A stretch of 64,000 bases of DNA from Eledone cirrhosa. Its lineage: Eukaryota. Within the stretch, counting starts at the first letter, position 1, and the number at the start of each line of letters is the position of its first letter. This document shows positions 27,060 through 39,912 of this stretch, piece by piece. Both the position numbers and the translations under genes were made by a program. The notes beneath the pieces are model-generated. The model was not told the origin of the DNA. It saw nothing but the letters and a program-made list of their open reading frames with translations, and did no database searches. The DNA lies in contig OZ024740.1 of NCBI GenBank assembly GCA_964016885.1, positions 375,410,001 to 375,474,000 on the forward strand, in the 5' to 3' direction.

Positions 27060-29280
27060 ATTTCGAGTACATTTTTGACCGGCCTCCTTCCTGATGGCAA
27101 GGTCGTAAAAGAAAAGAAATTGTCATCCCATGAATCACAAGAATCTTTTGCAATTTATGAAGGCGCCAGCAATCGCAGCAATTTGAAAGATGGGTATGTA
27201 GCTGAAGGTGCATGTTGGATACTGGATCTGCAAACTCCTCATCTACGGTCCGTAGATGCCCTCCTTCTCTTGGATTTTTCTTACGTCGTTGACAGCATAT
27301 GTGCAGCTGATATCCACAACAGAGCACGTTTTCAATGTGTAGGCCAAAATAACATCTGGCCGGTTGTGCTTTAATTTGGTGGCAGGTTTTACTTTTAGGT
27401 TCCACCAGTATTATTTAGAGCCATCTATCACAGAATATTCCTCATCATTTGTTTTTATTTTTTTTCGTAAGTGCGATCCAGATGGTTCTAGTTGTCACAT
27501 CGTGTCTCATAGGGAGGTATTAGAGAGAAGACATTATTTCGCGGTTGGCAACAATGTGGCTAACATCTACGATCTTTGTTTTACATAGCCTACATTTATT
27601 GTCAACTGATGGTCCTCCTACTTTGTGTAGCAGATATTTGCTAGGGATTTCTTGTTCCTGTATTTCATAGAAATATCCTTCAAGGTGGGATGTCAGAAAC
27701 TTGTCAGAACCCCATGTCAGGCTTTTTTAATGATTTACCCCTTTAGAATATGTGTGTTTCGTCTAAGGTATCCATGAACAATTTTCTTTTTTTAAATTGG
27801 TTTATTTTGTTTATCTTGTTCGAACACTGAATAGGTATTCCAATTTCCCTGGGAGAGAAATTTTTATCAAGCCTTATTCCATATCTCTCCATAAGATACG
27901 TGGATATCCTAATGATATTATTTCCCTCATTCTCATAAACCTTGGCAAGATAGTTGCTGACCTTTCTCTTCTATTGAAGATGTTGCTTCAGTGTTACTAT
28001 GCGGGTCACGTATGATGTTAATATGGATTTTAGACCCCGGCCACATCCCTAGCATGAGATGTGTAGCCTATCCGCATCACAATTGATGTTAACATTTTCA
28101 GTAACACTGAGCAGCTTGCGAGTTCTTACATCTATCTCCATTCTTTCAATGACCAGTTCAGCAAGCCAAATACTCGCGTTAGGATTGGCACAGCATAGGT
28201 ATTGTGGGAAATGTATTTGTTGTATACTGATAGTTCTGATGACCATATTTTCTTTACTCTTCTGATGTATTCAGTTCTGGCTCTCTCCTTATTTCTGAGT
28301 CCATCATATCTGACATTCTCATCATGTCCAGGATATCTGCAATTGTGACCTCTTTGCTTTTTGATATAGTTGGCATTTGGCCTATCCAACTTCAAGACAG
28401 CAACAATGAAAATATGGAAGATACTTCTGGACCCACTTCTATGTCCACTATGTTTTCTGAGCAGGTATGATTGTGAGTGTAGTGAGAGGTGGAAGAGCTG
28501 CACTGATAAGCTATCAATCTTAATTTGCCCCTTCTCACACCTAAGGATGAAATTGGTGTACCGATTCTTGGTCAGGAATTCAACAGCGGCTACTGGTGGT
28601 TGTGAGAGTTTGGCTAACTGTAAAGTCTTAATAATCCACCCATGACGTACACTATCAAAAGACGTCTGATAGTCCAGCCACACTATAGTCATGTTCCTGC
28701 GATTCCTTGCTGTTTTTCCCCTATCATTCTATTTGTTAGTAGATGACCTATGCAACCCCACACCTCTGTAAGAATAGATTAAGGCACCCAGTGTATAATT
28801 TATACATGATGTTCTGGCAGGCTATTGGACGGTAATCTTTAGCAAGGTGTTTCGCAAATATTTAGGAGATGAGGAGAGTAGTGGCAGTTGATAAACATTG
28901 GGGCAGTTTTATGTGCCTTTGATGGCTTCTCTAAACAGCCGTATGAGATATTGCCGATAGAAGGTGACATTCCGGAGCCAGTATCCTGTTATGTGGGCTG
29001 GGCCTGGTGATTTCCTATTTGACATTTTCCGTAGAGCTGTTTCCAGTATTGACCAATCTATTTCATATTGTTTTGTCTGGACATGCTGGCAGTATTCCTG
29101 TTCCAGTTATTTTAGCCATTTAGTTCGTTTGTTAAATCCATCATTCATTTCCCATACAGATCTGTAACTCTCAACTTGTTCTTTTGTAGGGGTGTCATTT
29201 ACAGAGATTGAGCTTTTCCTATTGAAGTTGCGATAAACTGATTTAGGATCTCTGGCAAAAAATATCTATCCCTTTCTCTT
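27060..29280 (-). pseudogene. Decayed RLE-type non-LTR retrotransposon
   Basis: WLDYQTSFDSVRHGWIIKTL, DSLS, EYIRRVKKIWSSEL, and near 27370-27200 KHNRPDVI..VVDISC..KEGIY (PD-D/ExK nuclease). Confidence 0.75.
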
Positions 29281-29744
29281 TCAGAGACATGGAACCTATA
29301 ATAGTCCAGAAAGGCAAATCAAGAACAGCTGAAAATACGTTTACATTATGTTTCCAAAAGTTTAAAATACCTTAAAATAAAGGAAAGATTACGCAAGTAT
29401 TTAATGCTATTGTGTAGTCATAAACGTCTTGAATTGCGTTTTGAATTGAACTGGACATGACAAAAGTATGCATACATAGCAAAAACTAGACAAAAACTAA
29501 CAGTCTGTGTTCTTAAAGAATTCATAAGAAACTGAGATCGACAAAAAGAATGATGGTGTGGTCAATTGCAAAGAATCGTCATAAAGTAAAGGGATTCCAC
29601 GGACGGATGGAATGAAATAAAAAAAGTATTTACTCAGTTGTAGATGAGCGATTACTTTTTACTTGTTTTAAATCAGTAATTATAAAATATGACAGCTAAC
29701 CGAATAAACAAAATATAAATTAAATTCAGCTTTCCATCAAGAGT

Positions 29745-29920
29745 TAGAGACACACACAATCTAGCGAACTTCCACAGTTTACATCGACACAATTTAAATC
29801 ACAAGGCTCGGGTGGCCCGAGGATGTGGAAACTGAAATTTGCCCTAGATGCGAGGTAATAGAATCGAACACGGAGAATTATGCCTGAAATACGAACTTGC
29901 CCATCATTCGACTATGTCAT
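29745..29920 (-). mobile_element. Degenerate second tRNA-derived SINE family
   Basis: CACAAGGC..GGCCCGAGG..TTGCCC..GAATCGAAC (reverse B-box-like); resembles octopus SINEs from memory. Confidence 0.4.
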
Positions 29921-31641
29921 GTCTATAATATAAGAATACAAAGAGACAGCAATTCGCATAGTTGTTTGCAATCAAATCATAGCAGACAGCTAGTTATGTA
30001 GGCATACTATATTGCATTCAGTCGGTTATATTCAATAAATTATTTTTTATATAAACATGTTGTTTCTATAAATGCATTTCCTATCTTCAATTGAAATATG
30101 AATTTATTCATTGAATGTTATAATATTTTAGGAAAGACTATACATTTAAATGGATTTATGGCAGGATAAAAACATTTATTTTTCAAAAATATAATCGTAG
30201 TATTATTTAGATGAGCTGTCTCAAAAGCACTGCTAATAGATGATATAAACGAGATACAAAATTAAATAAATTTCCTTTCGTGGTTAAGAGGCATCAGGGA
30301 AATACGTTAGTTTTATCAAGATGTATGGCGTAATCCAGAAGAGTGTTGTTTATGAGTAGCCAGAGAACTGCTGTGAGATGATTCAGAAAAATTCGAACGC
30401 GATTAAAAAATATATAATTAAAATCAAATATCAAGATTTATTTCTAGTATTATGTGTTTCTCTAATCATAGCTTATATAAGAGAAACTACGATTAATTGT
30501 TCAACTATGTGTATTATCACATTATACTCACACGTAACACTTAATCGAGAATATAATATAATATATGAATGTTTACTAATGTAATATACGGCTGAATTGA
30601 TAGCATATTCGGCAAGCACTGGAGGAATATTATAGTGTTGCATCTTATATTAGATATTATGATTGGAATAGTGGCCAAAATAACTTTCTTTCAGTTATCT
30701 TGAGCGCCAAGTGATGGGTAGATAAGATGGCCTATTGAACTCAGTCATAGAGTAATTTAAAGAAATATAATGTTAGCTAATGATTTTTGGCAACTAGTGC
30801 TGAAGCTAAATAACATCACATCTTTATCTTGCACACATTAAATTACGCACATTTAATACATCATACTGGTCGTTGATCAAAGGATCGTGCAAATAATGCT
30901 CTAAGCTAACAAAGATGAATATGCATTTTATAACTTGCTAGAAACATAGCTAGTGCATTTTCGATATTCATACACTTTAATGGCGAGAGATGTGTTGAGT
31001 AATATTTTTGTTTGAGGTAATTATAAACGTGTTTAATGTGTTTGTGAACGTATGTATGCTACCTTTCATATTTGCTCATTCCGTATCCCATATAACATTG
31101 CTCCTCGCAAACAGTAACTAAACGTGAGTGCGCGACACATACCCATTCTTAATAATCCAATCTCACTCTCGTTCTCGCTCTTTCGCTTCATCCCTCTCTC
31201 TCAAAACCACCCGCAATACCACAGATGAACACACACGGGAACATCACAGCTTAAAATGGTTACGATGGTATTACTGTATGTTTCTTATATGTAATTTTGT
31301 ATATGGGTTAATGTTCCTGCATTCTGTATCAAGTTTGATTGTTAATAAATACGAGCTGATATATCATGCAAAATATGTATATGATCATTAAAAAAAATAG
31401 TCTTCTTAAAAAATGTACAAAATGACATTGTCTGTGACACCTCAGCGTCTTGGTGAAAATAAGCGACTGCTTACGAACAGCAAAGACATGCACGCATCCA
31501 CTGATCTTACATCGATTATGAATTAGATGTGACATAATCTCAGGAAGAATGAATCTGTTTGCCATAGGTAAACACGCAATGTGTCTGGTTATTATACTCC
31601 TTTATTCTAATGCGAGTATTGTATGCATAAAGTATGTATAA

Positions 31642-31675
<34 letters not shown>

Positions 31676-32507
31676 AATGTAGAAATGTGACACACGAGTT
31701 GATATATATAAACAAATAGTAAAAAGTTGTTAAATACCGTAGGAAATGTGGGTGTTTCTAAGAGATCTTCCTGAAAAGCTGGCATACTTAAATTGACTTG
31801 CAATGTGGGTTTTTTTAAGAGATCTTCCCCTCTACAAATTTAAAGACAACGCTTCCTACATCCAGCGCATTAGCAAGAAATCACACTTTATCGTCAACTA
31901 CGAACGCCTTCTAAATCCAACCAATTCGGACGAAACTTCAGCTGGCACGCGTTAAAATTAGCACCCTGTAAACATTAGCCCTTTGGCATTTGAAATGGAC
32001 TTGTCCGGCCGGAGTTCTCTCACCTCTTTCAGTTCAGGTTGGCAGTGGCCGGTTACTCATACTGATGTTGGGGTGCTGTTCTCGAGTGAAAGCGTTAATT
32101 AGAAGATGCATATTAACTAACCTCTATAGGCAATGACCTCCCGCACCAGTGAGCCCCCGGAAACATATTTTCATAGTAATCAAAGTACTGCAGCTAAACA
32201 TCGGGTGTGGGAATTCTGAGTCCAAAGAGGATTTGGGCATAACGTACCACTAGTTGTAAGAATGGTTATTTGCGGCGATTGCGTCGTTGCCTGGGTTGTT
32301 ATCACGTGGAATGTAGGGCATTTAGGCATTTTGCTAAACCTGTTGGAGGCCATATCCTCTCGAGGTCCGAATACAGCAAAGAGCCTAAACGAATATCGCA
32401 AAGCATTCTATCCGACTCTGACAATGAGCCTTTTGTATACGTATATATTATATATAAATACACACACACATATATATATATATATATATTATTATTATAA
32501 AGAAACT

Positions 32508-32735
32508 GGGAGAGGACACTTGCCCTGGTGGTCAGGGTCACTGTGGTCTTTTAATGGGCTTTCTCCGCAAATGTCCCTTGGAAGTCTCCCCCCTATTGGG
32601 GAATTTTTCTTTGTTATTTTATTTCAACCTCTGTTTTTTTACACGCAGAAATGCCCATTTGTACCGTCCTGTATTGTCCTGTACTGTCCTTAATGTCTAC
32701 TTTATGTGAACCCTTGTGGTTAATAAAGAAAACAT
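32508..32735 (+). mobile_element. 3' UTR fragment of the Tx1-like element with AATAAA and (ATT)n tail
   Basis: Reverse complement of ~44596-44825. Confidence 0.85.
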
Positions 32736-32754
32736 TATAAAGAAATCATTATTA

Positions 32755-32801
<47 letters not shown>

Positions 32802-32804
32802 GTT

Positions 32805-33365
32805 GTTCTTTGAGTCTCAGTCATTGATGTTATTTAACTGGAAAGTTTGTTGAAATGAATATCAAGCCGCTACCTGCAGCCTCAGATATTCAGGACGTAA
32901 CGGAGGGTTCTTGTTGTTCCCAGAAAACATGCCTTTTGAAGTGTTCCAAAAAGCGGGGCTGCACTAATCTTCTTTGACCATCCTTGGAAACACTTTGAGA
33001 TAGTACCTAGTGCGCCTATGACAATCGGGACGACCTTGATTTCATGGCAGTTCCAATTCCTTTTTACCTCCCACTTTAAGTGGTATCGGTTAATTTTCTC
33101 CCTCTCCTTTTCTTGCACTCTCGTTTCAAATGAGCTGGCTACATCTACAATCAGGCACGATCTTTTTTCCTTGTCCAATACCACCAGGTCAGGCCTATTG
33201 TATTATAATTTCTTGTCCGCCTGTATCCTAAAATCCCATAGCACCTTCAACTGATCGTTTTCTATCAGCGACTCTGGCTTATGCTCATACCACTTCTCCA
33301 AATGTGTAAATTGTTTACTTTGCATAGATGCCAGTGGATCACCCTACCTATCACATCATGTCTCC
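32805..33365 (-). mobile_element. 5'-truncated R4/Dong-like copy (REL endonuclease + 3' UTR)
   Basis: ORF 32882-33184 nearly identical to the C-terminus of the 51502-54894 protein. Confidence 0.9.
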
Positions 33366-33456
33366 GATGACAAAATTATGTGAATTAGGGAGAAACTTTA
33401 CTTGATCATCAGGAAATGTATCAATTCAACAAGTAGTGCTCGCGCCATATTGTGTA

Positions 33457-33703
33457 AGTCAGCCTGTGGTATTGACCTCAAGATAGGTGGTTTCATGATG
33501 ATGTGCATTCGAACACAGAACAAAAATAATTCGACAAGCAATCCAACATGCACGGCAAATAGGTATTGTTATGTTTTGAAAAAAAAAACCCTGTTTACCG
33601 TGCATGTGGGATTGTATGTCGAATTATTATTATACCAAAGTTTTCAGTGATTCGAATGCACATTACCATGAAATGGGATATCTTGAGGTCAATACAACTG
33701 GTT

Positions 33704-33706
<3 letters not shown>
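33457..33706. repeat. Imperfect ~250-bp foldback (MITE-like)
   Basis: GTATTGACCTCAAGATA/TATCTTGAGGTCAATAC, TGTGCATTCGAA/TTCGAATGCACA, ATAATTCGACA/TGTCGAATTAT and CATGCACGG/CCGTGCATG are nested symmetrically. Confidence 0.8.
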
Positions 33707-33786
<80 letters not shown>

Positions 33787-33885
33787 TATTTGCCCTAGGT
33801 GTCAGGAAGACACTCGGCATATATCTCAGAAACAATAATGAAAGAAAATAACAATAATAATAATACTAATAATAGTTATAATAAT

Positions 33886-34068
33886 AATTGTTTCTACATT
33901 AGGCACAAGGCCAGCAATTATCCAGTACATTACTGGTACTTTATTTTCTCGACGCAGTAAGGATGAAAGGCAAAGTTAACATCGGCGGGATTTGAACTCA
34001 GACTGGAAAGGGACGTAACTATGCTAGAAAACATGGCATCCAACCCTCTACCGTTACTGCCATTTCAC
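33886..34068 (-). mobile_element. SINE family A, full length, flanked by TAA repeats
   Basis: Matches the other copies; B box GAGTTCAAATCCC on -. Confidence 0.88.
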
Positions 34069-34342
34069 TATAATAATAATGATAATAATAATAATAATAA
34101 TAATAATAATGGTTTCATTAGTTTACATAAACTAGACATTAAGGACAGTACAGGACAATACAGGACGGTACAAATGGGCATTTCTGCGTGTAAAAAAAAC
34201 AGAGGATGTAATAAAATAACAAAGAAAAATTCCCCAATAGGGGCAAGACTTCCGAGGGACATTTGTGGAGAAAGCCCATTAAAAGACCACAGTGACGCCG
34301 ACCACCAGGGCAAGTGCCCTCTCCCAGTTTTCCACCTTTAAT

Positions 34343-37300
34343 TTACAGACACATACTCAGAGTAGGCCCATTCACTCGGGCCATTCTTGCTTCTCTCACC
34401 CATCTTTCAACAAAATGCTGGGAAGAGAGCAGTTCCCTCTCTACCTTGATTTTCCTTTTCAAATGAAATCTGAAAAAGTTAATCAGGGCATCACCGAAGA
34501 GGTAAGTGCAAGTCTTCAGCCCTTTCAAACGTGTCTACCATACTATCTCTTTCGCCATGGCCACCAGACAGATAAAAACCGCCTGCCCTTTCCGGCTAAA
34601 GGAAGAGGGCAGGGCAATCCTCACGATGGACTAGCTGATAGCCGGATCCGTCCTACACGTGACAGCAGGTGTTCGACATAAACCCACAAGTCAGCAATGC
34701 TCGGACACTGGACGAGTGCGTGCAGGACGGTTTCGTCGCCCTGCGCGCATCACGGACATGCCCGGCTGACGGCACCTCCATGCCTGTAGAGTTTATCCCG
34801 AACTGGCAAAGCTCCCCGGTAGCACTGCCAGGGCAGGGATTTCTGGAAGTTGTCCATAGGCCCCGGCCCGAAAGTCCTTCCGAAGAGATTGGCTAGTTGA
34901 TTTTCGTCGACGCCTAGAGTTTCTCCAAGTACGTCATCGCTCTTCCCCTCAACTAATCCTCTATAGAACGCCAAGGTGGAGTTTCCACCGATCACATTGC
35001 CCGATTGGTCGAGAGCTGTGTGCACCTGAAGACATTCAAGTCTCCAAGCGCTCCCTCTCGGTTTTCGCTTGACCCAGGACTGCAGCTCCGTCAAGGAGAC
35101 GAGCTGGGGAAAGACGTGTCTAGCAAACGGCGACCACACCTGATCACCGTCGAGGAAGAGGTGGAGATGTCGTAGCCTGAGCGCGTGTCTGCGCATCATC
35201 AGCCACGGCATGCCCAGCCCTCCACGTAGCGGGTGTTGACAGCAGATGGACCGCCTGACCATCGGAGCGCGTCCCTTCCACAAAAAGCTAAAGAGCAAAC
35301 GCTCCAGTGCAGTCAGGCGGGGCTTAGGACAAGGTACGACGGTCAAGCGGTAGTAGATGACGGACGCGATGTACGCGTTAGCCACGTCCGCTCGAGCTTT
35401 CAGGGATAGCTTCCTCTCGGCCCATTTCTGGGTGAGAGAAGCCACCCTGCTCGTCACCTCGTTCCAGTTTTTGTCCGTCTGGAGGTCCTGACCGAACCAG
35501 GACCCTAGCAATTTAACCGGTCCGTCCGTCCAGCGCCCCACGACGCTGTTGGACGGCATGGACCTGCCTCTCCAGGTGCCGAGCTGCAGGCCCACTGACT
35601 TTTCCTGGTTGATCATTGCTCCTGTCACCGCTTCGTATTCTCTTAGTGTAGTGCCGATCGCCTCGATGTGTTTGGCGTTCGACACCACTACGGTGATATC
35701 GTCCGCATATGCTGACACGGATCTTCCGCATCCTAGTTCCCGCAGGACCCCCCTCAACGTCTCCAGTATGTGCAGTAATGGTTCGAGAGTCAATACGTAC
35801 AAGATGCCGAGAGGGGACATCCTTGGCGGACCGAGCGCATGATGTTGAACGGTTCCGAAAGGTCACCGTTCACTCTCACCACCGAGCAAATGTCGCTGTG
35901 CATGGCAGAGATCCAGCCTCTGAAGAGGGGCCCAAAGCCAGCCGCCCTCATGACTGCTGCTAAGTAACGATGGTCGACCCTATCGAAAGCTTTCGACTGA
36001 TCGTGGATGGATCTGTCGGGAATGACGCACGTCTGCGCCTCTCCCACCAGACCACCAACGACAAGCACCAACCTCTTTGCTAGCTCCTTGGCCAAAATCG
36101 TAAACTCTGTGCTTAGCAGAGTTATGGGCCTAAAATTATCTATGTTATCCCCCTTGTTCGGATCCTTTCTCAGCATCCCCACCGCTCCTCGGCTCACAGA
36201 GCTGGGAATTCTCCCGTTCTGTTGCCAGTTGCAGTAGACAAGTCTGGCATTTGTACGTAAAGTTCATAGGGCAGACCATCCAAACCAGGCGATTTACCCC
36301 TTGTGCAGCCAGTCATTGCCTCCCGTACTTCAGCGGCTGTTATCGGCTTTTCGCAAAACTCCGCCTCAGTGGCCGAGAGCCGCGGAAGTCCGTCGAGGTA
36401 GACACTAAAGTCTATCCTTCGATCCGGCCCGCAGCTGCCCCCGAACAATTGAGCGAAGTGTCGCTGAAAAGCTTCACACATTTTCCCAGGATCCAATAGC
36501 ATGCGCCCGTCGTGGTCCACCAAAGACCGGATCGTGGCTTTGTAGCCACGACGCGCCTCCGACACTCGGGCCCATTGAACGGCTTTCGTCCCAACGTGTC
36601 TGAGAGCACGCACCCTAGCTCTGACAACGCAGCCTTCGTGCTTGGCATTGAAGAATTGGTCAAGGGCCAATTTCGCCGCAAGTACGTCGGTCCCGATGCC
36701 TTTGCAAAGCGCCTCGTCTAATTTTCTAACTAATTCTCCCTCTGCTCTATTTTTCTCTATTGCTAAAGCCTTACTAAACCTAATTGACTCTATTCCAATT
36801 GCTCTTTTCAGAGCAAACCACCACTTGTTGTTGACGATGGCTCCCGTCAAGGCCCGCTTAACTAGTTCGCTAATCCTATCTCTCTAGGCCTGGCGCGCTG
36901 GTAAGGACGCGTTTATCTTCCAGTAGCCGGGTCCGCGACTATGAAGCCTATCTAAGTGAAGCACACAGATCACGAATTTGTGGTCCATGTAGATGACTAT
37001 CTTGAATTGTGGACAGCCTATGCTAGACCTATCTATTTCCCTACAAAATACTCTATCTAGATATGATCTGGATGACCCTATGCGATTTGCCCAAGTCCAC
37101 ATTGGTACATTCGGGAAATCCAATCGGTACCTGTCAGACAGTTCAAAACGCCTAGCAGGTTGGTGAGACTCTTGCACCCTCCTTCCCTATCCACTAATCC
37201 CTCACAGTCCCAGCGTGCATCTAAGATCCCGTTCCAGTCGCCCACTAACACTAAAGAGCAGGACGTTCCAAGAAAGGTCTCCAGACGCCGGAAGAAATCA

Positions 37301-37658
37301 GGCCGCCCTGCTCCTGTCGGGGCATAGACGGCTATTAACCTGAAAGCTTACCCGTTTCCGCTGGTCACGTCCAGCACCACCAACTTACCTTCTCGGTCCA
37401 GGAAGATGGCCCGTATGGCAAGATCCAAACCTCTACGAAAAAGCACAGCAACTCCACTCCCCGATCCCGGATGGATGGGAGATGCGTACACATCGTAGCC
37501 GCCGAAGATCGGTGCGAATGCCCGTGCTTCGGAGATTCTGGTCTCGCTGTTGGTCACTACATCTATGTTTAGTGACCTGAGGTCGTTGAGCAGGTGGCCC
37601 TGCTTCCATGACGCCCCAAGCCACGAGCATTTATGCTGCCTATTCTGAGTGAGGTCAT
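34343..37658 (-). pseudogene. Tx1-like ORF2 (APE, RT, C-terminal zinc finger), frameshifted
   Basis: SETR, SYLDRV, DHK, GYWK.N, GKSPGLDGLP, NFRPITLL, DQSKAFDRV, RQGCPLS, AYADD; deletions near 36000 and 36240 relative to copy B. Confidence 0.9.
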
Positions 37659-37692
37659 GTTAAAATGGAGTGGGAAAGATGGGAAAGACCAC

Positions 37693-39651
37693 TTACCTTA
37701 CTTCTCGTAGAGGAAGGACGGTTTTTCCATCCTTTTCACTGCTTGTGGCCTCCTCGGGAAGGATGTCCTTATAAATCCTCCTGGAGAGTGCTTGTCGGAA
37801 GTCTCCGATGTCTTTGGGGAATTTTTGTTTTAGTGTCATGTACGTTTTCTGTGTGATGCGAGTGATTTGTATGTGTGGAGGTGGTGTGAATTTTTGGGTT
37901 GTTGTGTAGTCTTTTTCTGTGATGCTGGTGTTGTGTTGGATGTAGTGTAATAATTGGTTGTTGTTCAAATTTAATGCTGTGTAGTGTGTATTGTTACGGT
38001 TGTTTATTTTTGTTTGCGTTTGGTGTGGGCTTGCTTCTGTTTCGCATTTTGGTGACTTTTGTGGTCTAGGTGATGGTGGTGTTGGGGTTAATGATGGTGT
38101 TGGTGTTTGGGGTCATGGGGTTGGTGATGCTGGTGTGGATGGTGGCATATCTGTCCTAACTTTTTTGTTTGTTAATTTATTTGTTTCCCTCTGTATTTTG
38201 TTTTTGGAGGGGGAAGGAACAGCATTTTTTCTTTTTTGGTTTCTTTTTTTCTTTTTTCCTGATACCGTTTCCCACTCCTCGTCGTCACAATCTGTCTCCA
38301 GTTGGGATAGGCCGGGGAGTGGAAAATCCTCCACAGGCGTTAGTTTTGGTTGTGGCGTGGTGGATGGTGTAGGCGCTGGTGCTAGTTATGAAGCGTTGGG
38401 TGGTGGTGGTGTTGGTTTTGCTACTGTTGCTGGGGTTGTTGCTGTTATAGTTGCTTCTGTTGTTGCTGCTACTGTTGTTGCTGCCATCTCTGCTACTGGT
38501 GGTGTTGATGGTTGAGTTACTGGGGTGGGTAAGAGAGGTGGCCTCAACCTTTTAGCATGTGAGGGCAGAAAGCCCTTAGGTGGGTTCCTTCACCACAAAC
38601 GACACACCCAGGCCTTCTGCCCTCGACAATTACGTTGAGGTGGCTGCCGTCAGTGAGGTCTATTACCTCTGGGGTCACCTCAATGCTTTTTTGGTCCGCT
38701 TGGATCAGGAGCTCCATCCCAGATCCGGACCAGTTCTCCTGCTTTTCTTTTGCTATTGCTATTATCTTTGTGTTGGCTTCGATGCCGGCGAGAACGGCCG
38801 CTATTAGCCAGGGAATTTCGATGGCCGGTGGAACGTGGGTCACCCTGATCTTTACGAGTCTCTGGCCGCAATAGCTTGGGACGAGTGTGAAGTTGTTACT
38901 TCTTAATGGGGCCATGGATTGTTCTCTAGCCTCCTGTGGTGTTTCAAAGAACACGTCCACGGTTCCATACTTCTGCCCACATCTGATGTGGGTTTTTCTT
39001 GCCCACACATGTCCCAAAGCTTTTTGGATTTGGGACTCGGATGCCCGTTCCACTCGGCGCGATTTTACATTAATTGTTCGATACGACACGGTGCATAGGC
39101 GCCGATGCTCCATTTTATTAGGTGGGGGTGAGGCTGACCCTGTACCCTTCTTTATTTACCATTTTTTTGGCATTTTCTAATTCCTCTTGAGTTACCTGAA
39201 ATGCTTCCCACTATTTTGCTACTCTGGCAAAACTCAGGGTGTATTTTTTAATTTCATTGTTGCTGTTGTTGTTATCGTTATTTTTGTTATTATTAATTTT
39301 ATTTTCAGTTGTGGTGGTGTTGACGTCAGTGTTGTTCGGTGGGGAAGAGTCCATTTTGCTTGAATTCATTTTGACATCACGAGTTAATTTATTTTTTTCT
39401 TCTTTTGTTTCTGTTGTCGCGGTGGTGGTGGGGTTGGGGGTTGTCGCGGTGGTGGTGGTGGTGGCGGCTTTAACACCTGCTGTTATTGGTAATGGCGGGA
39501 AATGAATGTCTGCCTGAGACAAATTTAAAATATTGCTACTGCTTAAATTTTTTGTGTTGGCAAACGTAGTAATATTTACAATGGTGGTGTCGGTGCGAGG
39601 TGTTAATTTATCAGGCAGACTGTCAGCATCGTGTGGCTGTGAGACTTCCAT
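37693..39651 (-). pseudogene. Tx1-like ORF1 (gag-like, zinc knuckle), broken
   Basis: CVVCGEGTHLRAFC knuckle, SFARVAK, W.TV..KKKKR, Pro/Thr-rich linker. Confidence 0.8.
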
Positions 39652-39862
39652 ATTTTTTTCAAAGAAATTTTTTTTTATAATTATAAATGTTAAAATTTTG
39701 GTCACAAGACCCCAATCTTTTTGAGTGTCCTTTTCGGAAAATAATGTATGTGCGTTTATATACAGTTAACAATAACATTTTCCATAAATGGCAATTTTTA
39801 ACAAACGGAAATAACAAACCTTTGCGGAGCTCACGATGATACGATTTACTACGTAGGTCGCC

Positions 39863-39910
<48 letters not shown>

Positions 39911-39912
<2 letters not shown>

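Larger units (their letters stand above)
34111..39862 (-). mobile_element. Tx1/L1-like non-LTR retrotransposon copy A (full-length, disrupted)
   Basis: ORF1 with CCHC knuckle and ORF2 with APE-RT-zinc finger; both ends abut (ATT)n; colinear with copy B. Confidence 0.9.
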
